Virus record (IMG/VR): IMGVR_UViG_3300020045_016851 | Location: 1-34,197 of that record | Length of the DNA stretch: 34,197 nt | Reading direction: 5' to 3' (one strand) | Source of the DNA: a virus | Taxonomy: Duplodnaviria > Caudoviricetes | Shown here: piece after piece, positions 8,439-17,625 of the stretch | Numbering within the stretch: the first letter of the stretch is position 1 | Layout of the letters: each line of letters starts with the position of its first letter | Position numbers and translations under genes: made by a program | Notes under the pieces: generated by a model | What the model saw: only the letters and a program-made list of their open reading frames with translations | The model's database searches: none | Told to the model about the DNA's origin: nothing

Positions 8439-10344
8439 TGTCAAGCAATTGCTGATCCGCGTGAGCGCTACGACGGAGTTGTTGCGTTCGAACCTGGCCA
8501 AGGCAGAAAGCGCGATTGCCAGTTTCGAAAGCGATACCAATCGCAAGCTGGCAAAGGTCGACGGTCATTTTTCCAAGCTGGGCAAGGGCGTCAACGGGAT
8601 CAAGAGCGTCCTGTCCAGTTTCAGTTCGGGTGCTTTTTCCGCCTTTGTCGGGGTTATCGCGGGTGGCGCCCTGGTGTCGGCCGCCAAAAATGCGCTCGAT
8701 TATGCCGACGCGATCGGCGATGTCGCCGCCCAGCTGGGTGTCACGTCGACATTTCTGCAGGAATTTCGCGACGCGGCGATCCAGTCGGACGCATCGATCG
8801 AGGATGCCGATGCCGGTTTGGCCAAGTTCACGAAAACGATCGGCGACGCGGCGCGCGGGAACAGCGCCGCGCAGAAAACCTTCAAAAGCATCGGCGTCGA
8901 CATCATCGCCCTGACCAAGGCGGGCGCGTCGACGGGGGAAATCTATCGCAAGGTTTCCGATGGCATCGCCCAGTTGGCGACGCCATTCGAGCGAGTTTCC
9001 GCGGTGCAGGCACTTTTCGGGCGCGGTGCGGCCGCGTTGGTGCCATTGCTGGCTGCCGGCGGTGATGGTTTTGAAAAACTGGCCAAAAATGCCCGCGAAG
9101 CCGGGCGCGTAATTTCGGAAGATGGTGTTAACAAGGCTGGAAAAACATCCAAAGAAATCGACCTTCTGAATGCGTCACTGCGGGCGAACATAGCGACTGT
9201 GGTCGCCGAAAATGCCGAGTCGATCGAGGCGTTGGTCAAGGGGTTGATCAGTCTGGTCGGCTGGGCCGGGCAGGGTGTGATTGCGTGGCAGAAATTTCAG
9301 CTTGTTCTTGAGCGGAAGGGCGCACAGGCGCAGGCTGACAGCTGGTTTATCAGCGCAAAAGACAAGCTGGCAGCATTGCAGAGGGTTTCCGACCTTTCGC
9401 AGGAAATTGTTGATCTGGGGACTCCGCGCGCGGCGACCGGCACAAATAGTTCGGCTGCCGCCTACAAGGCACAAGCTGCCGCCGGGGCTAAGCCGCCAGC
9501 TGCATCGAATTATTTCAGGCCGTCACGGGGTCCAGCCAAGGCCGGCTATGCGTTCCCCGGGCTGATGGCGCTACCGCTTGATATCCAGAGCATCATCGAC
9601 ACCGCGAGCGGCGCCAGCGGCGATGCCCCCCCTCCCCGCGCACTGGCAGAGATTACCGAGGAGGCGCGCAGGCTGGGTGTCGAGCTGGACGATATTCTGC
9701 CGAGCCTGCGCGAGTTCATCGCCGGGCAGGGGGAAACCGCCTATTCGGATGTTTACGACAAGGCCGGCATCGATGCGACCGGAGATTTTGACGCGATTAT
9801 CGCCAATATTGACCGGATCAGAGACGCGGAATTCGCCGAAATCGAGTCGGCAGCCGCCAAACGCGAGGATTCGGTGCGGACCGTGTCCGGATTGTACACC
9901 GACCTGTTTTCGCGCGGGACGTCGGCGGTCTGGGACAATTTCAAAAGCATCGGGTTGAACGCGGTTGCCGAGGTGATGGCGAAACTGACAATCGGCGCGC
10001 TGAGCGGCCAGAATATGGGGTCGATCGGCTCGCTGTTTTCGTCAGCGCTGGGGGCACAGGGGTTCGGCGGATTTTTTGCCGCTGGCGGATCGCCGCCGGT
10101 CGGGAAAGCCAGCATCGTTGGCGAGCGCGGTCCGGAATTGTTCATCCCGAAAGTCCCCGGCACGATCATCGCGAACCATCAATTGGGCGGCGCGCAGCAG
10201 GTGGTCGTCGAGGTGCAGGCGAATGATTATTTTGATGCGCGCGTCGTTTCGATTTCAGGGCCGATGGCGACGCGTGGCGCGCTGGCCGGCGCAGAAATCG
10301 CGGGTCAGCGCGCGCAGGCTGCTGGTCGCAGGAGGCTCGGTTGA
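8428..10344 (+). CDS. Tail tape measure protein
   Basis: Long Ala/Gly-rich helical protein; C-terminal 'FAAGGSPPVGKASIVGERGPELFIP'; GTG start at 8428 preferred. Confidence 0.9.
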   Translation: MADDVKQLLIRVSATTELLRSNLAKAESAIASFESDTNRKLAKVDGHFSKLGKGVNGIKSVLSSFSSGAFSAFVGVIAGGALVSAAKNALDYADAIGDVAAQLGVTSTFLQEFRDAAIQSDASIEDADAGLAKFTKTIGDAARGNSAAQKTFKSIGVDIIALTKAGASTGEIYRKVSDGIAQLATPFERVSAVQALFGRGAAALVPLLAAGGDGFEKLAKNAREAGRVISEDGVNKAGKTSKEIDLLNASLRANIATVVAENAESIEALVKGLISLVGWAGQGVIAWQKFQLVLERKGAQAQADSWFISAKDKLAALQRVSDLSQEIVDLGTPRAATGTNSSAAAYKAQAAAGAKPPAASNYFRPSRGPAKAGYAFPGLMALPLDIQSIIDTASGASGDAPPPRALAEITEEARRLGVELDDILPSLREFIAGQGETAYSDVYDKAGIDATGDFDAIIANIDRIRDAEFAEIESAAAKREDSVRTVSGLYTDLFSRGTSAVWDNFKSIGLNAVAEVMAKLTIGALSGQNMGSIGSLFSSALGAQGFGGFFAAGGSPPVGKASIVGERGPELFIPKVPGTIIANHQLGGAQQVVVEVQANDYFDARVVSISGPMATRGALAGAEIAGQRAQAAGRRRLG

Positions 10345-10934
10345 GCGTCACGCTGCCGACCAGCCCCGGCATCCGTTCGGCGCGTATCAGGCTGCTCGAT
10401 TTTGGCGGCCCGTTGACGCCCGGGCTGGGCGGGCCGGTGCAGCGGATCGAGCGGCTCGGTACACGATCGGCGGTCGATTACATGCTGCCACCGATGCTGA
10501 CCGAGCCGGCGGGGCGGACATGGCTTGCCATTCTGGCGCGCGCGAAACGGGAGGGTGCCGTCTATCCGGTGCCGCAACCCGGACTGTTGATCGGCGCGCC
10601 GGGGTCGCCGGTCGTCAATGGGGCGGTAGCGGGCGGAACCAGCCTGCCGCTGCGCAGCGCCAGCGCGCTTTATGCGTTTCGGGCCGGGCAGGCGATTTCG
10701 ATTTTCCATGGTGGCCGGCGTTATTTGTATTTCGTTGAAACCGCCGTCGCGGCCAATGCGTCCGGTGTTGCTGTCCTGACGCTCGACCGGTTGCTGCGCA
10801 CGGCGTTGACGGATGGTGACGCGATCAGTGTTGCAGCGCCGCTGATCGAGGGGGCGCTTGATTATGGTGACGCCATCGACCTGCTGCTCGAACCCTATTC
10901 GCAGATCAATTTCACCATCATGGAAAACGCATGA
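10341..10934 (+). CDS. Putative distal tail protein
   Basis: Directly after tape measure, overlapping its stop; size typical. Confidence 0.65.
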   Translation: MSVTLPTSPGIRSARIRLLDFGGPLTPGLGGPVQRIERLGTRSAVDYMLPPMLTEPAGRTWLAILARAKREGAVYPVPQPGLLIGAPGSPVVNGAVAGGTSLPLRSASALYAFRAGQAISIFHGGRRYLYFVETAVAANASGVAVLTLDRLLRTALTDGDAISVAAPLIEGALDYGDAIDLLLEPYSQINFTIMENA

Positions 10935-11581
10935 CGACCCCGGCGATGATTTCTGCGCTGGACGCCCCGGCCCCGTTGTTGTTCGGGGCCGTGCAGATCG
11001 ACCTGCCCGCGCATATAATCCGCGTGCTGGACGGGGCGGCGTCGCTGACGTTCAATGGTGGCACATTCACCGGCATGGACAGCCTGTTCGGGGTGCTCGA
11101 TTCCATTTCGGCGCTGTCAGATGGCTTTGGTGACGAGGCGCCGGCCCTGCAATTTTCGTTTTTGCCCAACAGTGGCGCTGCGGTCGCGGATCTGACCAGT
11201 CCGACCGCGCAGGGGTCGCGCGTGCGGGTCTGGATCGGCGCGGTCACGATGGCCACGGGGGCAGTTGTGGCGGACCCGATCCTGCTGTTCGACGGATTGC
11301 TTGACCAGACGTCATTGACGGTCGGGCCGGGCAAACGCGAGCTGGACATTGATTGTGTTTCGGCATTCGAGCGATTTTTCGAAGTGCAGGAAGGGGTTCG
11401 ACTGGCGCCGACATTCCATAAAAGCGTCTGGCCGGGTGAACTTGGCCTCGACAACATAACAGGTGTTACGAACACAATTTACTGGGGGGTGCAGCCGCCG
11501 GTCGGGTCGGTCACCGGTTTTTACGGCGGCAATATCAGCGCGACCGGCATGTACAGCGGGCGCTGGGAATTCGAGGTCTGA
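10931..11581 (+). CDS. Putative tail tip/hub protein
   Basis: ATGA coupling; 'FHKSVWPGELGLDNITG...IYWG' C-terminus resembles siphovirus minor tail proteins. Confidence 0.65.
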   Translation: MTTPAMISALDAPAPLLFGAVQIDLPAHIIRVLDGAASLTFNGGTFTGMDSLFGVLDSISALSDGFGDEAPALQFSFLPNSGAAVADLTSPTAQGSRVRVWIGAVTMATGAVVADPILLFDGLLDQTSLTVGPGKRELDIDCVSAFERFFEVQEGVRLAPTFHKSVWPGELGLDNITGVTNTIYWGVQPPVGSVTGFYGGNISATGMYSGRWEFEV

Positions 11582-11582
11582 A

Positions 11583-12005
11583 ATGCTTCACCCGCTGGAA
11601 CGCCGCCGCATCGCGACCGAGGCCACGGTCGCGAAATATTTCGGCAAGCCATTCGCGTGGGGGACGCATGACTGCGCGCGCATGGCCGCGTGGCACCTTC
11701 GTCAGTTCGGGGTCGCGCTGGGAACGGACAAGGCGGGAACATGGCGATCGGCGGTCGGGGCCAGGCGGGCTTTGACCCGACTGGGCGCCGCCAGTCTGGC
11801 AGAGCTGGCCGACGCCAATTTCGAGCGCATTCCGCCAGCAGCGGCACTGATCGGCGATATCATGATCGTGCCGGCAGAAGACGCGTTCGGGGCACTGTGG
11901 GTCAGCACCGGCAACGGGACGGCACTGGGATGGCATGAGGATGCGCCCGGCGCCGCGATTATTCGCGCGTCATTCATTGATACATTGGCCTGGAGGGTTT
12001 TTTAA
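11583..12005 (+). CDS. NlpC/P60-like tail-associated protein
   Basis: 'KPFAWGTHDCARMAA' Cys motif; lambda gpK position. Confidence 0.75.
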   Translation: MLHPLERRRIATEATVAKYFGKPFAWGTHDCARMAAWHLRQFGVALGTDKAGTWRSAVGARRALTRLGAASLAELADANFERIPPAAALIGDIMIVPAEDAFGALWVSTGNGTALGWHEDAPGAAIIRASFIDTLAWRVF

Positions 12006-15000
12006 TGTCCAAGGCGTTGAAAATCGCCGGCATGATTGTGGCGATTGTGGCGATCACGGTCGTCACAGCGGGGATTGGCACAGCGCCGGCCATCGCGGCT
12101 TCAGGGGCCGGGCTGGGGGCGGTGGCGGGCGTCGCGGCGACCGGAGCGGGGCTGTTCGGGCTTTCTGCGGCAGCACTGACGGCGATCGGGACCGGGTTGA
12201 CACTGGCGGGGAATCTGACGGCAAAGAAGCCATCGCCCAGCGGAGGCGGCACCCAGACGCAGTGGCAGGCGAACCCGAGTGCCGGGATCCCGTATGCCAT
12301 GGGCCGCACGATGTCATCGGGCAATATTGTGCATCAGGGCGGGTATGGCGGGACGGACAACCCCTATCAAAGTTTCGTCACCGTCTATTCAGGCGCGGGC
12401 CCGATCGACAGTTTTGAAAGCTTTGCCGTCAGCAAGGCCGTTACGACCTTTAGCGGTGGTGCGGCGGTGGGCTCGTATTCCGGTTATATGTGGCTGACAT
12501 CGCAGCCGGGGGCACAGCCACAGGCTGCGGCCCTGACACCGCCATATTCAGGTTTGCCGGGCTGGTCGGTAGGATCGCGGCTGTCCGGCAAGGCGGCCAC
12601 GATGTTCACCTTGAAATATGACAGCAAGGGCAAGAAATTTCCATCCGGCGTCCCGAAGCTGAGCGCGATCATCAAGGGGGTGCGCGTTTATGACCCGAGG
12701 CTGGACAGTACTTTTCCCGGCGGGTCCGGCGCGCAGCGTGCCAACAATGAAAGCACATGGTCATGGAGCGCCAACCCGTGGCTGCATGCCCTGACCTATG
12801 CCATCGGTCGCCGCGAAAACGGGGTGCGAACGATCGGGGTCGGCATGCCGATCGATGCGATCGAGGTGTCCGCCTTTGTCGAGGCGGCGAATATTGCCGA
12901 CGCCAATAGCTGGGCATTGGGCGGGGTGGTGTATTCGACCGATGACAAGTGGAATGTCCTCAAGCAGATGACACAGGCGGGCGGTGGGGAGCCGATCCGT
13001 CAGGGCGCGATGCTTTCGGCGTTCGTCAATGCCCCGCGCGTCAGCCTTGCCACGATTACTGCGGATGACCTTGCCGATGGCGATATCAAGATCACGGCCA
13101 TGCAGGCGCGCCGCGACCGCGTGAATGGCGAAATCCCGCGCTACCGATCCGAGGCGCATGACTGGGAAATAGTGCCGGGCGATGTCGTGCGGGTCGCGAC
13201 CTACCGCACCGAAGATGGTGAGGACCGCACGCGCGAGGTGGAATATCCGCTGGTCCAGAGCGTGACGCAGGCCAGCCAGATGGCGGCCTATAACGTCGCC
13301 AACGCGCGTGAGTTCGGGCCGATCCTGCTGCCGTTGAAGCCGAAATGGATTTCCTACCGCACCGGTGACTGTGTCACGGTCAATATTCCCGACGCGAACC
13401 TGAACAACCAGAGTTGCGTCATTTTGCGCCGGGAAATCGATCCAGGCAGCGGGATCGTCATGTTGACCCTGCGGTCGGAGACGACCGCAAAGCATGCCTT
13501 TGCGCTGGGCCTGACCGGGACGGCGCCGCCAACGCCGGCATTATCATCGCGCAACGAAGTGCCTGCCGCGCCGTCAAGTGCGGCCTGGGCGTTGACGCCG
13601 GCGACGCTGGCGGCGGGAGGCTGGGTTATGCCGGCTCTTTCGCTGGCCGGTGGCGCGGACAATCCCGGCGCGGAATCGATCATTGTCGAATATCGTGTTT
13701 CCGGTACGACCCCCTGGGTGGCCGGCGGTGACTTTGACCCGGCGAGCACGCGGATCGATATCGCCAAGGGGGTCATGCCCGCGACGATTTATGATGTCGC
13801 GATCAGTTACCGGGTGCGGGGCGTGGTGGGTGACAGGCTGGTGTTGGGGCCGGTCACGACGGTTGCGCAGACCGGTGATTTTGCAAATATCGGCGGCGCG
13901 ACGCGACCAGAGGGGTATGCGAGCAGCAGCGACAATATGGTGGCGAACGGGTCGCTGGCGACCGATGCGGCGAACTGGTATCTGATCGGGTCGGTCGCGC
14001 GATTGCAGGCGACATCGCCGGCGGAGGCATCGACCGGGTTTTTCCAGTTCGTGGCGTCGGCCGGGAACGCCCAGGCAAGCGCCAATTCCGGCAGCAATAT
14101 CGCGCTGAACGGTGCGACGAAGATCTATGTCAACTTGGATTCCTATACGCAGGCCGGGGCGACCGGCGGGTTTTTCGTGCAAGCCCTGTTCTACCGGTCG
14201 GATGGCACGCCATCGCTGACGGTCCCGTACATCCAGACGAGCATCCAGCAAGCGACAACGGGGTTGTGGTTGCCGATCGCGACGGTGTGGCCAGTCCCCG
14301 CTGACGCGACGCATATGGGCGTGATTTTGATCCGCGCGCCATCGACCGGGGCGGTTTACGCGACCAATTTGCGGGTCGCGAAAACGCAGCCGGCGGCCGA
14401 TGTGACGATCGGGTCGCCGGTCGGTCTGGCCACCATCAAGCTGGCGGCGGATTATCAGGGGGTCGTCAAGGCCGGGCAGTTGCCCAAGACAATTTATTAC
14501 ACGCTGGCCGAGGGCGAAGGCACCAATGTGACGACGCTGGCGGTATGGTCGGTAGTGGTCAAAGGCGGGTCGATCACCTGCGCCATCGGCGTGGCGACCG
14601 GCGCGCTGTCGATCACGGCGCTGGCGTCGGACGCGATCATCGAGCTGACGGCCACGTATAATGGCGCGACGCGGAGTGTCACGGTGACGGTGCTGGCCGA
14701 AAAGGATGCGCCACCGGTTACGGGATCTGGCGCGGGCACATCGGCAACCGACAGCACGATCACCGGTGTATCGTCGACAGCCTATTCGACCGCGAAGGCC
14801 GGGCCATTGACGGTCAAGGCCGGGTCAGGTGGCAGCGTGAACCTTTCCGCGCCACTGGAATTTGCCCGGCCGATCGATGGCAATGGCACCCGCGATGCTT
14901 ACGGCAAATGGCAATGGCGGGTCGTGGGAGGATCATGGGCGGACGTTTCGGCCGAAGTCCTGTCGACATCCCCGGCCTTTGTCACCGGCTATCCGTTCGA

Positions 15001-15151
15001 GCCCGAATCGTACAATGGCTTTATTTCCATCGCGCCGACAAAATCGGGGCTGACCGCTGGCACGGACTATGAATTCCAGCTGCTGTTGCGTTGTGCTGGC
15101 ACGGCGACCGTGCTCGATTTTTACGGCACGGCCACGGCCACGGGGGCATGA
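12005..15151 (+). CDS. Central tail tip / host-specificity protein (gpJ-like)
   Basis: 1048 aa; 'IPYAMGRT', 'KGVRVYDPRLDST', 'WSANPWL'; FnIII-like and CBM-like C-terminal segments. Confidence 0.88.
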   Translation: MSKALKIAGMIVAIVAITVVTAGIGTAPAIAASGAGLGAVAGVAATGAGLFGLSAAALTAIGTGLTLAGNLTAKKPSPSGGGTQTQWQANPSAGIPYAMGRTMSSGNIVHQGGYGGTDNPYQSFVTVYSGAGPIDSFESFAVSKAVTTFSGGAAVGSYSGYMWLTSQPGAQPQAAALTPPYSGLPGWSVGSRLSGKAATMFTLKYDSKGKKFPSGVPKLSAIIKGVRVYDPRLDSTFPGGSGAQRANNESTWSWSANPWLHALTYAIGRRENGVRTIGVGMPIDAIEVSAFVEAANIADANSWALGGVVYSTDDKWNVLKQMTQAGGGEPIRQGAMLSAFVNAPRVSLATITADDLADGDIKITAMQARRDRVNGEIPRYRSEAHDWEIVPGDVVRVATYRTEDGEDRTREVEYPLVQSVTQASQMAAYNVANAREFGPILLPLKPKWISYRTGDCVTVNIPDANLNNQSCVILRREIDPGSGIVMLTLRSETTAKHAFALGLTGTAPPTPALSSRNEVPAAPSSAAWALTPATLAAGGWVMPALSLAGGADNPGAESIIVEYRVSGTTPWVAGGDFDPASTRIDIAKGVMPATIYDVAISYRVRGVVGDRLVLGPVTTVAQTGDFANIGGATRPEGYASSSDNMVANGSLATDAANWYLIGSVARLQATSPAEASTGFFQFVASAGNAQASANSGSNIALNGATKIYVNLDSYTQAGATGGFFVQALFYRSDGTPSLTVPYIQTSIQQATTGLWLPIATVWPVPADATHMGVILIRAPSTGAVYATNLRVAKTQPAADVTIGSPVGLATIKLAADYQGVVKAGQLPKTIYYTLAEGEGTNVTTLAVWSVVVKGGSITCAIGVATGALSITALASDAIIELTATYNGATRSVTVTVLAEKDAPPVTGSGAGTSATDSTITGVSSTAYSTAKAGPLTVKAGSGGSVNLSAPLEFARPIDGNGTRDAYGKWQWRVVGGSWADVSAEVLSTSPAFVTGYPFEPESYNGFISIAPTKSGLTAGTDYEFQLLLRCAGTATVLDFYGTATATGA

Positions 15152-15152
15152 C

Positions 15153-15455
15153 ATGAGGCACTGGCAACTGACCGGCCCGGACGGCGCGACGCAATTCATC
15201 GTGACGAAGCAGAAGAACAACCCCGGTGATGAGGGCTATCCCGCCCTTGACGGTTACGCGTGGGAGCGGTTGGAGCGCCAACCCGACCCCGACGAAGATG
15301 TGATCGACGGCAAGATTACCGTCAACCCCGAGCGCAAGGCGAAGGGTGAGCGGCGCGCGCAGTTTGCAAAGCTGTCGCGTGACGAGCTGGTCGACGCGAT
15401 CATGGTGCTGGTCGATGACCGGATCGCCACGGCGCTGGCGGTTTCCAAGAACTGA
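15153..15455 (+). CDS. Hypothetical protein (possible tail-tip chaperone)
   Basis: ATG 1 nt after gpJ stop; GC3-rich codons. Confidence 0.7.
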   Translation: MRHWQLTGPDGATQFIVTKQKNNPGDEGYPALDGYAWERLERQPDPDEDVIDGKITVNPERKAKGERRAQFAKLSRDELVDAIMVLVDDRIATALAVSKN

Positions 15456-15502
15456 TTTCCTGCCGCCCGGTGGGCGCGCGATCCGAACAAGGAGAAACGA
15501 CG

Positions 15503-15607
15503 TTGAAAACGGTATCCGCCGTGGCGCCTTTGTGCGTCATTTTTGTCTGTGCGGATCCGGCCTCCGTGCCACTGCCGCCATCGATGCCCGGCGAGCGGCT
15601 GTTTTGA
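15503..15607 (+). CDS. Putative 34-aa small protein (not in ORF track)
   Basis: AAGGAG RBS, TTG start, MKTVSAVAPLCVIFVCADPASVPLPPSMPGERLF, TGATG coupling to next gene. Confidence 0.5.
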   Translation: MKTVSAVAPLCVIFVCADPASVPLPPSMPGERLF

Positions 15608-15816
15608 TGCAGCGTGATCCGTTGGAATTGCGCACCCTGCGCGACGACCTTGACGCCATCCGGACCGATATCGAGGAACTGCGCGCGGACACCAAGGAGC
15701 TGCTCGACGCGTGGAAAGCGGCGGGCACGATGCTGAATTTTGTAAAATGGGCGTCGGGATTGGTCACGGCGATCGCGGCGGCCTGGCTGGTGCTGCGCAA
15801 CGGGTTCCACCGTTAA
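15607..15816 (+). CDS. Small coiled-coil protein with C-terminal TM helix (holin/XhlA-like)
   Basis: Charged N-terminus, single TM 'FVKWASGLVTAIAAAWLVL'; directly before endolysin. Confidence 0.65.
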   Translation: MQRDPLELRTLRDDLDAIRTDIEELRADTKELLDAWKAAGTMLNFVKWASGLVTAIAAAWLVLRNGFHR

Positions 15817-15831
15817 AATCAACAGGAGGCA

Positions 15832-16314
15832 ATGATGATCGAACCGGCGTGGCTGATCGAGGCGCGCAGGCATATTGGCCTGCGCGAAATTCCCGGCAAG
15901 AAAACCAACGGCACGATCGGCAAATGGCTGATCCTGCTGAAAGCGTGGTGGAGCGATGACGAAACGCCGTGGTGCGGGACATTTGTCGCCTATTGCTTTG
16001 CGACCGTCGGGTTGCCGACCGCAAAACATTGGTACCGGGCGAAGGCGTGGGCGGAATGGGGCAAGCCGGTCGGCCATGTGGTCGGCGCGGTTGCCATATT
16101 CGGCCGGGCCGGAGGCGGGCATGTCGGGTTTCTGGTCGGCAAAAGCGCGGGGGGCTGGGTTTATGTCCTGGGTGGCAACCAGTCGAACGGCGTCACCATC
16201 ATGAAGCTGCATGACAGCCGGCTGATCGCCACGCGCTGGCCGGTCAATGTCGCGACCATTTTGCGCCCGCTGCCCGACATGAGCGGCGGGACGGTTTCGG
16301 AGGATGAAGCATGA
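15832..16314 (+). CDS. Endolysin, TIGR02594 / NlpC-P60-type peptidase
   Basis: 'DDETPWCGTFV', 'GGGHVGF', 'VLGGNQSN'; RBS AGGAGG. Confidence 0.9.
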   Translation: MMIEPAWLIEARRHIGLREIPGKKTNGTIGKWLILLKAWWSDDETPWCGTFVAYCFATVGLPTAKHWYRAKAWAEWGKPVGHVVGAVAIFGRAGGGHVGFLVGKSAGGWVYVLGGNQSNGVTIMKLHDSRLIATRWPVNVATILRPLPDMSGGTVSEDEA

Positions 16315-16670
16315 CTGACATCGTTGTGAGTGGCATCGATGAGGGCGCCGTGGCGGCCGGGCCGATCGTGGTGCAGCCCAGTTCGTGGCCGGAAATCATG
16401 GGCATCGCAATGCGCCAGCTGGGCCTGATCGGCGGCGGGATCGTCAGCCTGATCGGGTTTATGAGCGCGCACGACCTGGCCGGGTTTTTCCGGTATATCC
16501 GCGAAGACGAAGGCTATGCGTTTGTCGGCGCGGCGGTCACGGTCGCGGTCGCGGCGTACGGGTATTTCCGGGCATGGCGGGCCAAGCAGAAGTTGTTGGC
16601 GATCACCTGTGCGGCCCCGGATTGCGTTGCTGTGGTCAAGGGCGCTGTTCCCGATGGTGGCGCAGGGTGA
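16311..16670 (+). CDS. Putative holin (two TM helices)
   Basis: Two hydrophobic segments and a basic C-terminal region; between endolysin and spanins. Confidence 0.65.
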   Translation: MTDIVVSGIDEGAVAAGPIVVQPSSWPEIMGIAMRQLGLIGGGIVSLIGFMSAHDLAGFFRYIREDEGYAFVGAAVTVAVAAYGYFRAWRAKQKLLAITCAAPDCVAVVKGAVPDGGAG

Positions 16671-17158
16671 TGGCCGTTTCATCTCTGTTGCTGCGCCTGT
16701 TGCCTTACGGCGCGGCGCTGGCGGCACTGGTCGCCCTGTACATGGCGATCGACCATGCCGGTTATCAGCGCGCGCAGGCTGCCGATGCCGCCGCGCGATC
16801 GATTGCCGAAGGTGCTGCGGCCCGGATCACAGCGCAGATCGAGCATGATCTGGGGGCGCGCCTGGACGGCATTTACACCAATCTAAGCGGAGAGATCGGC
16901 GGGATCGACGCGGTCAATCGCACGATCATCCAGCCCGTTATTCAAAAGGAAATCGCCAGTGACCCGCGCTATTCCGATCCTGATACTGGCATTTCTGTCG
17001 GCATGTTCGCGGCCATCAACACCGCCCGTGCGCTTTCCGACCCCGCCCGCGCTGGCGCCGGAGTTACGGTCGCCGTGCCGGACGCTGTCGCAGCTGCCGG
17101 ACCGGGCGATTGGGACGCTCGCGACCGAGGATGCGTCGGCGGCGGTGCAATATGCTGA
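16670..17158 (+). CDS. Rz: Rz-like inner-membrane spanin
   Basis: N-terminal TM 'LLPYGAALAALVALYMAI' then helical periplasmic region; overlapped by a lipoprotein ORF. Confidence 0.75.
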   Translation: MAVSSLLLRLLPYGAALAALVALYMAIDHAGYQRAQAADAAARSIAEGAAARITAQIEHDLGARLDGIYTNLSGEIGGIDAVNRTIIQPVIQKEIASDPRYSDPDTGISVGMFAAINTARALSDPARAGAGVTVAVPDAVAAAGPGDWDARDRGCVGGGAIC

Positions 17159-17237
17159 ATGTCAGGCAAAGCATGGGGCGGCGATCGCCGCCTATGAGGC
17201 GCTGCGCAGCGCGCTGATCGCGGGCGCCACGCCATGA
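16959..17237 (+). CDS. Rz1: Rz1-like outer-membrane lipoprotein spanin
   Basis: Signal peptide with lipobox 'LSAC', Pro-rich linker, extra Cys residues; overlaps Rz in another frame. Confidence 0.82.
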   Translation: MTRAIPILILAFLSACSRPSTPPVRFPTPPALAPELRSPCRTLSQLPDRAIGTLATEDASAAVQYAECQAKHGAAIAAYEALRSALIAGATP

Positions 17238-17271
17238 ATTTCGACAGTCAATTTTCCGGAGACAATGGGGC

Positions 17272-17625
17272 ATGATCAACGCGGGAGCGTTTCAGCGGGG
17301 GGAAACCGTGTCGCTGCTGGTGGCGCCGTATATCGGCGTTCAGGGCGATGTGACGGGGTTGCCGACAGCCAATCTGAAACCGGCCATCGCCGGGCGGGCG
17401 AGTGTGCCGGGGGATGACGTGACGGCCGCCACGGCATTTTCGGTCGCGGCGTCGGCCGCCAGCGGCGCGGTGCCGGCGGGCTGGACCATCACCCTGTCGG
17501 CCGCGCAGACGCTGGCCCTATCGCCCGGCGCCTATGTGACCGATGTCCGCTGTGTCGTAGCCGGGGGTATCGTCATCAGCGAGCCCTGCACGCTGCAGCT
17601 GGTCAACGCGGTGACGCCGTCATGA
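17272..17625 (+). CDS. Hypothetical beta-rich protein (possible fibre adaptor)
   Basis: 'ITLSAAQTLALSPGAYVTDVR' resembles BppU-like adaptors; ATGA-coupled to the fibre gene. Confidence 0.6.
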   Translation: MINAGAFQRGETVSLLVAPYIGVQGDVTGLPTANLKPAIAGRASVPGDDVTAATAFSVAASAASGAVPAGWTITLSAAQTLALSPGAYVTDVRCVVAGGIVISEPCTLQLVNAVTPS

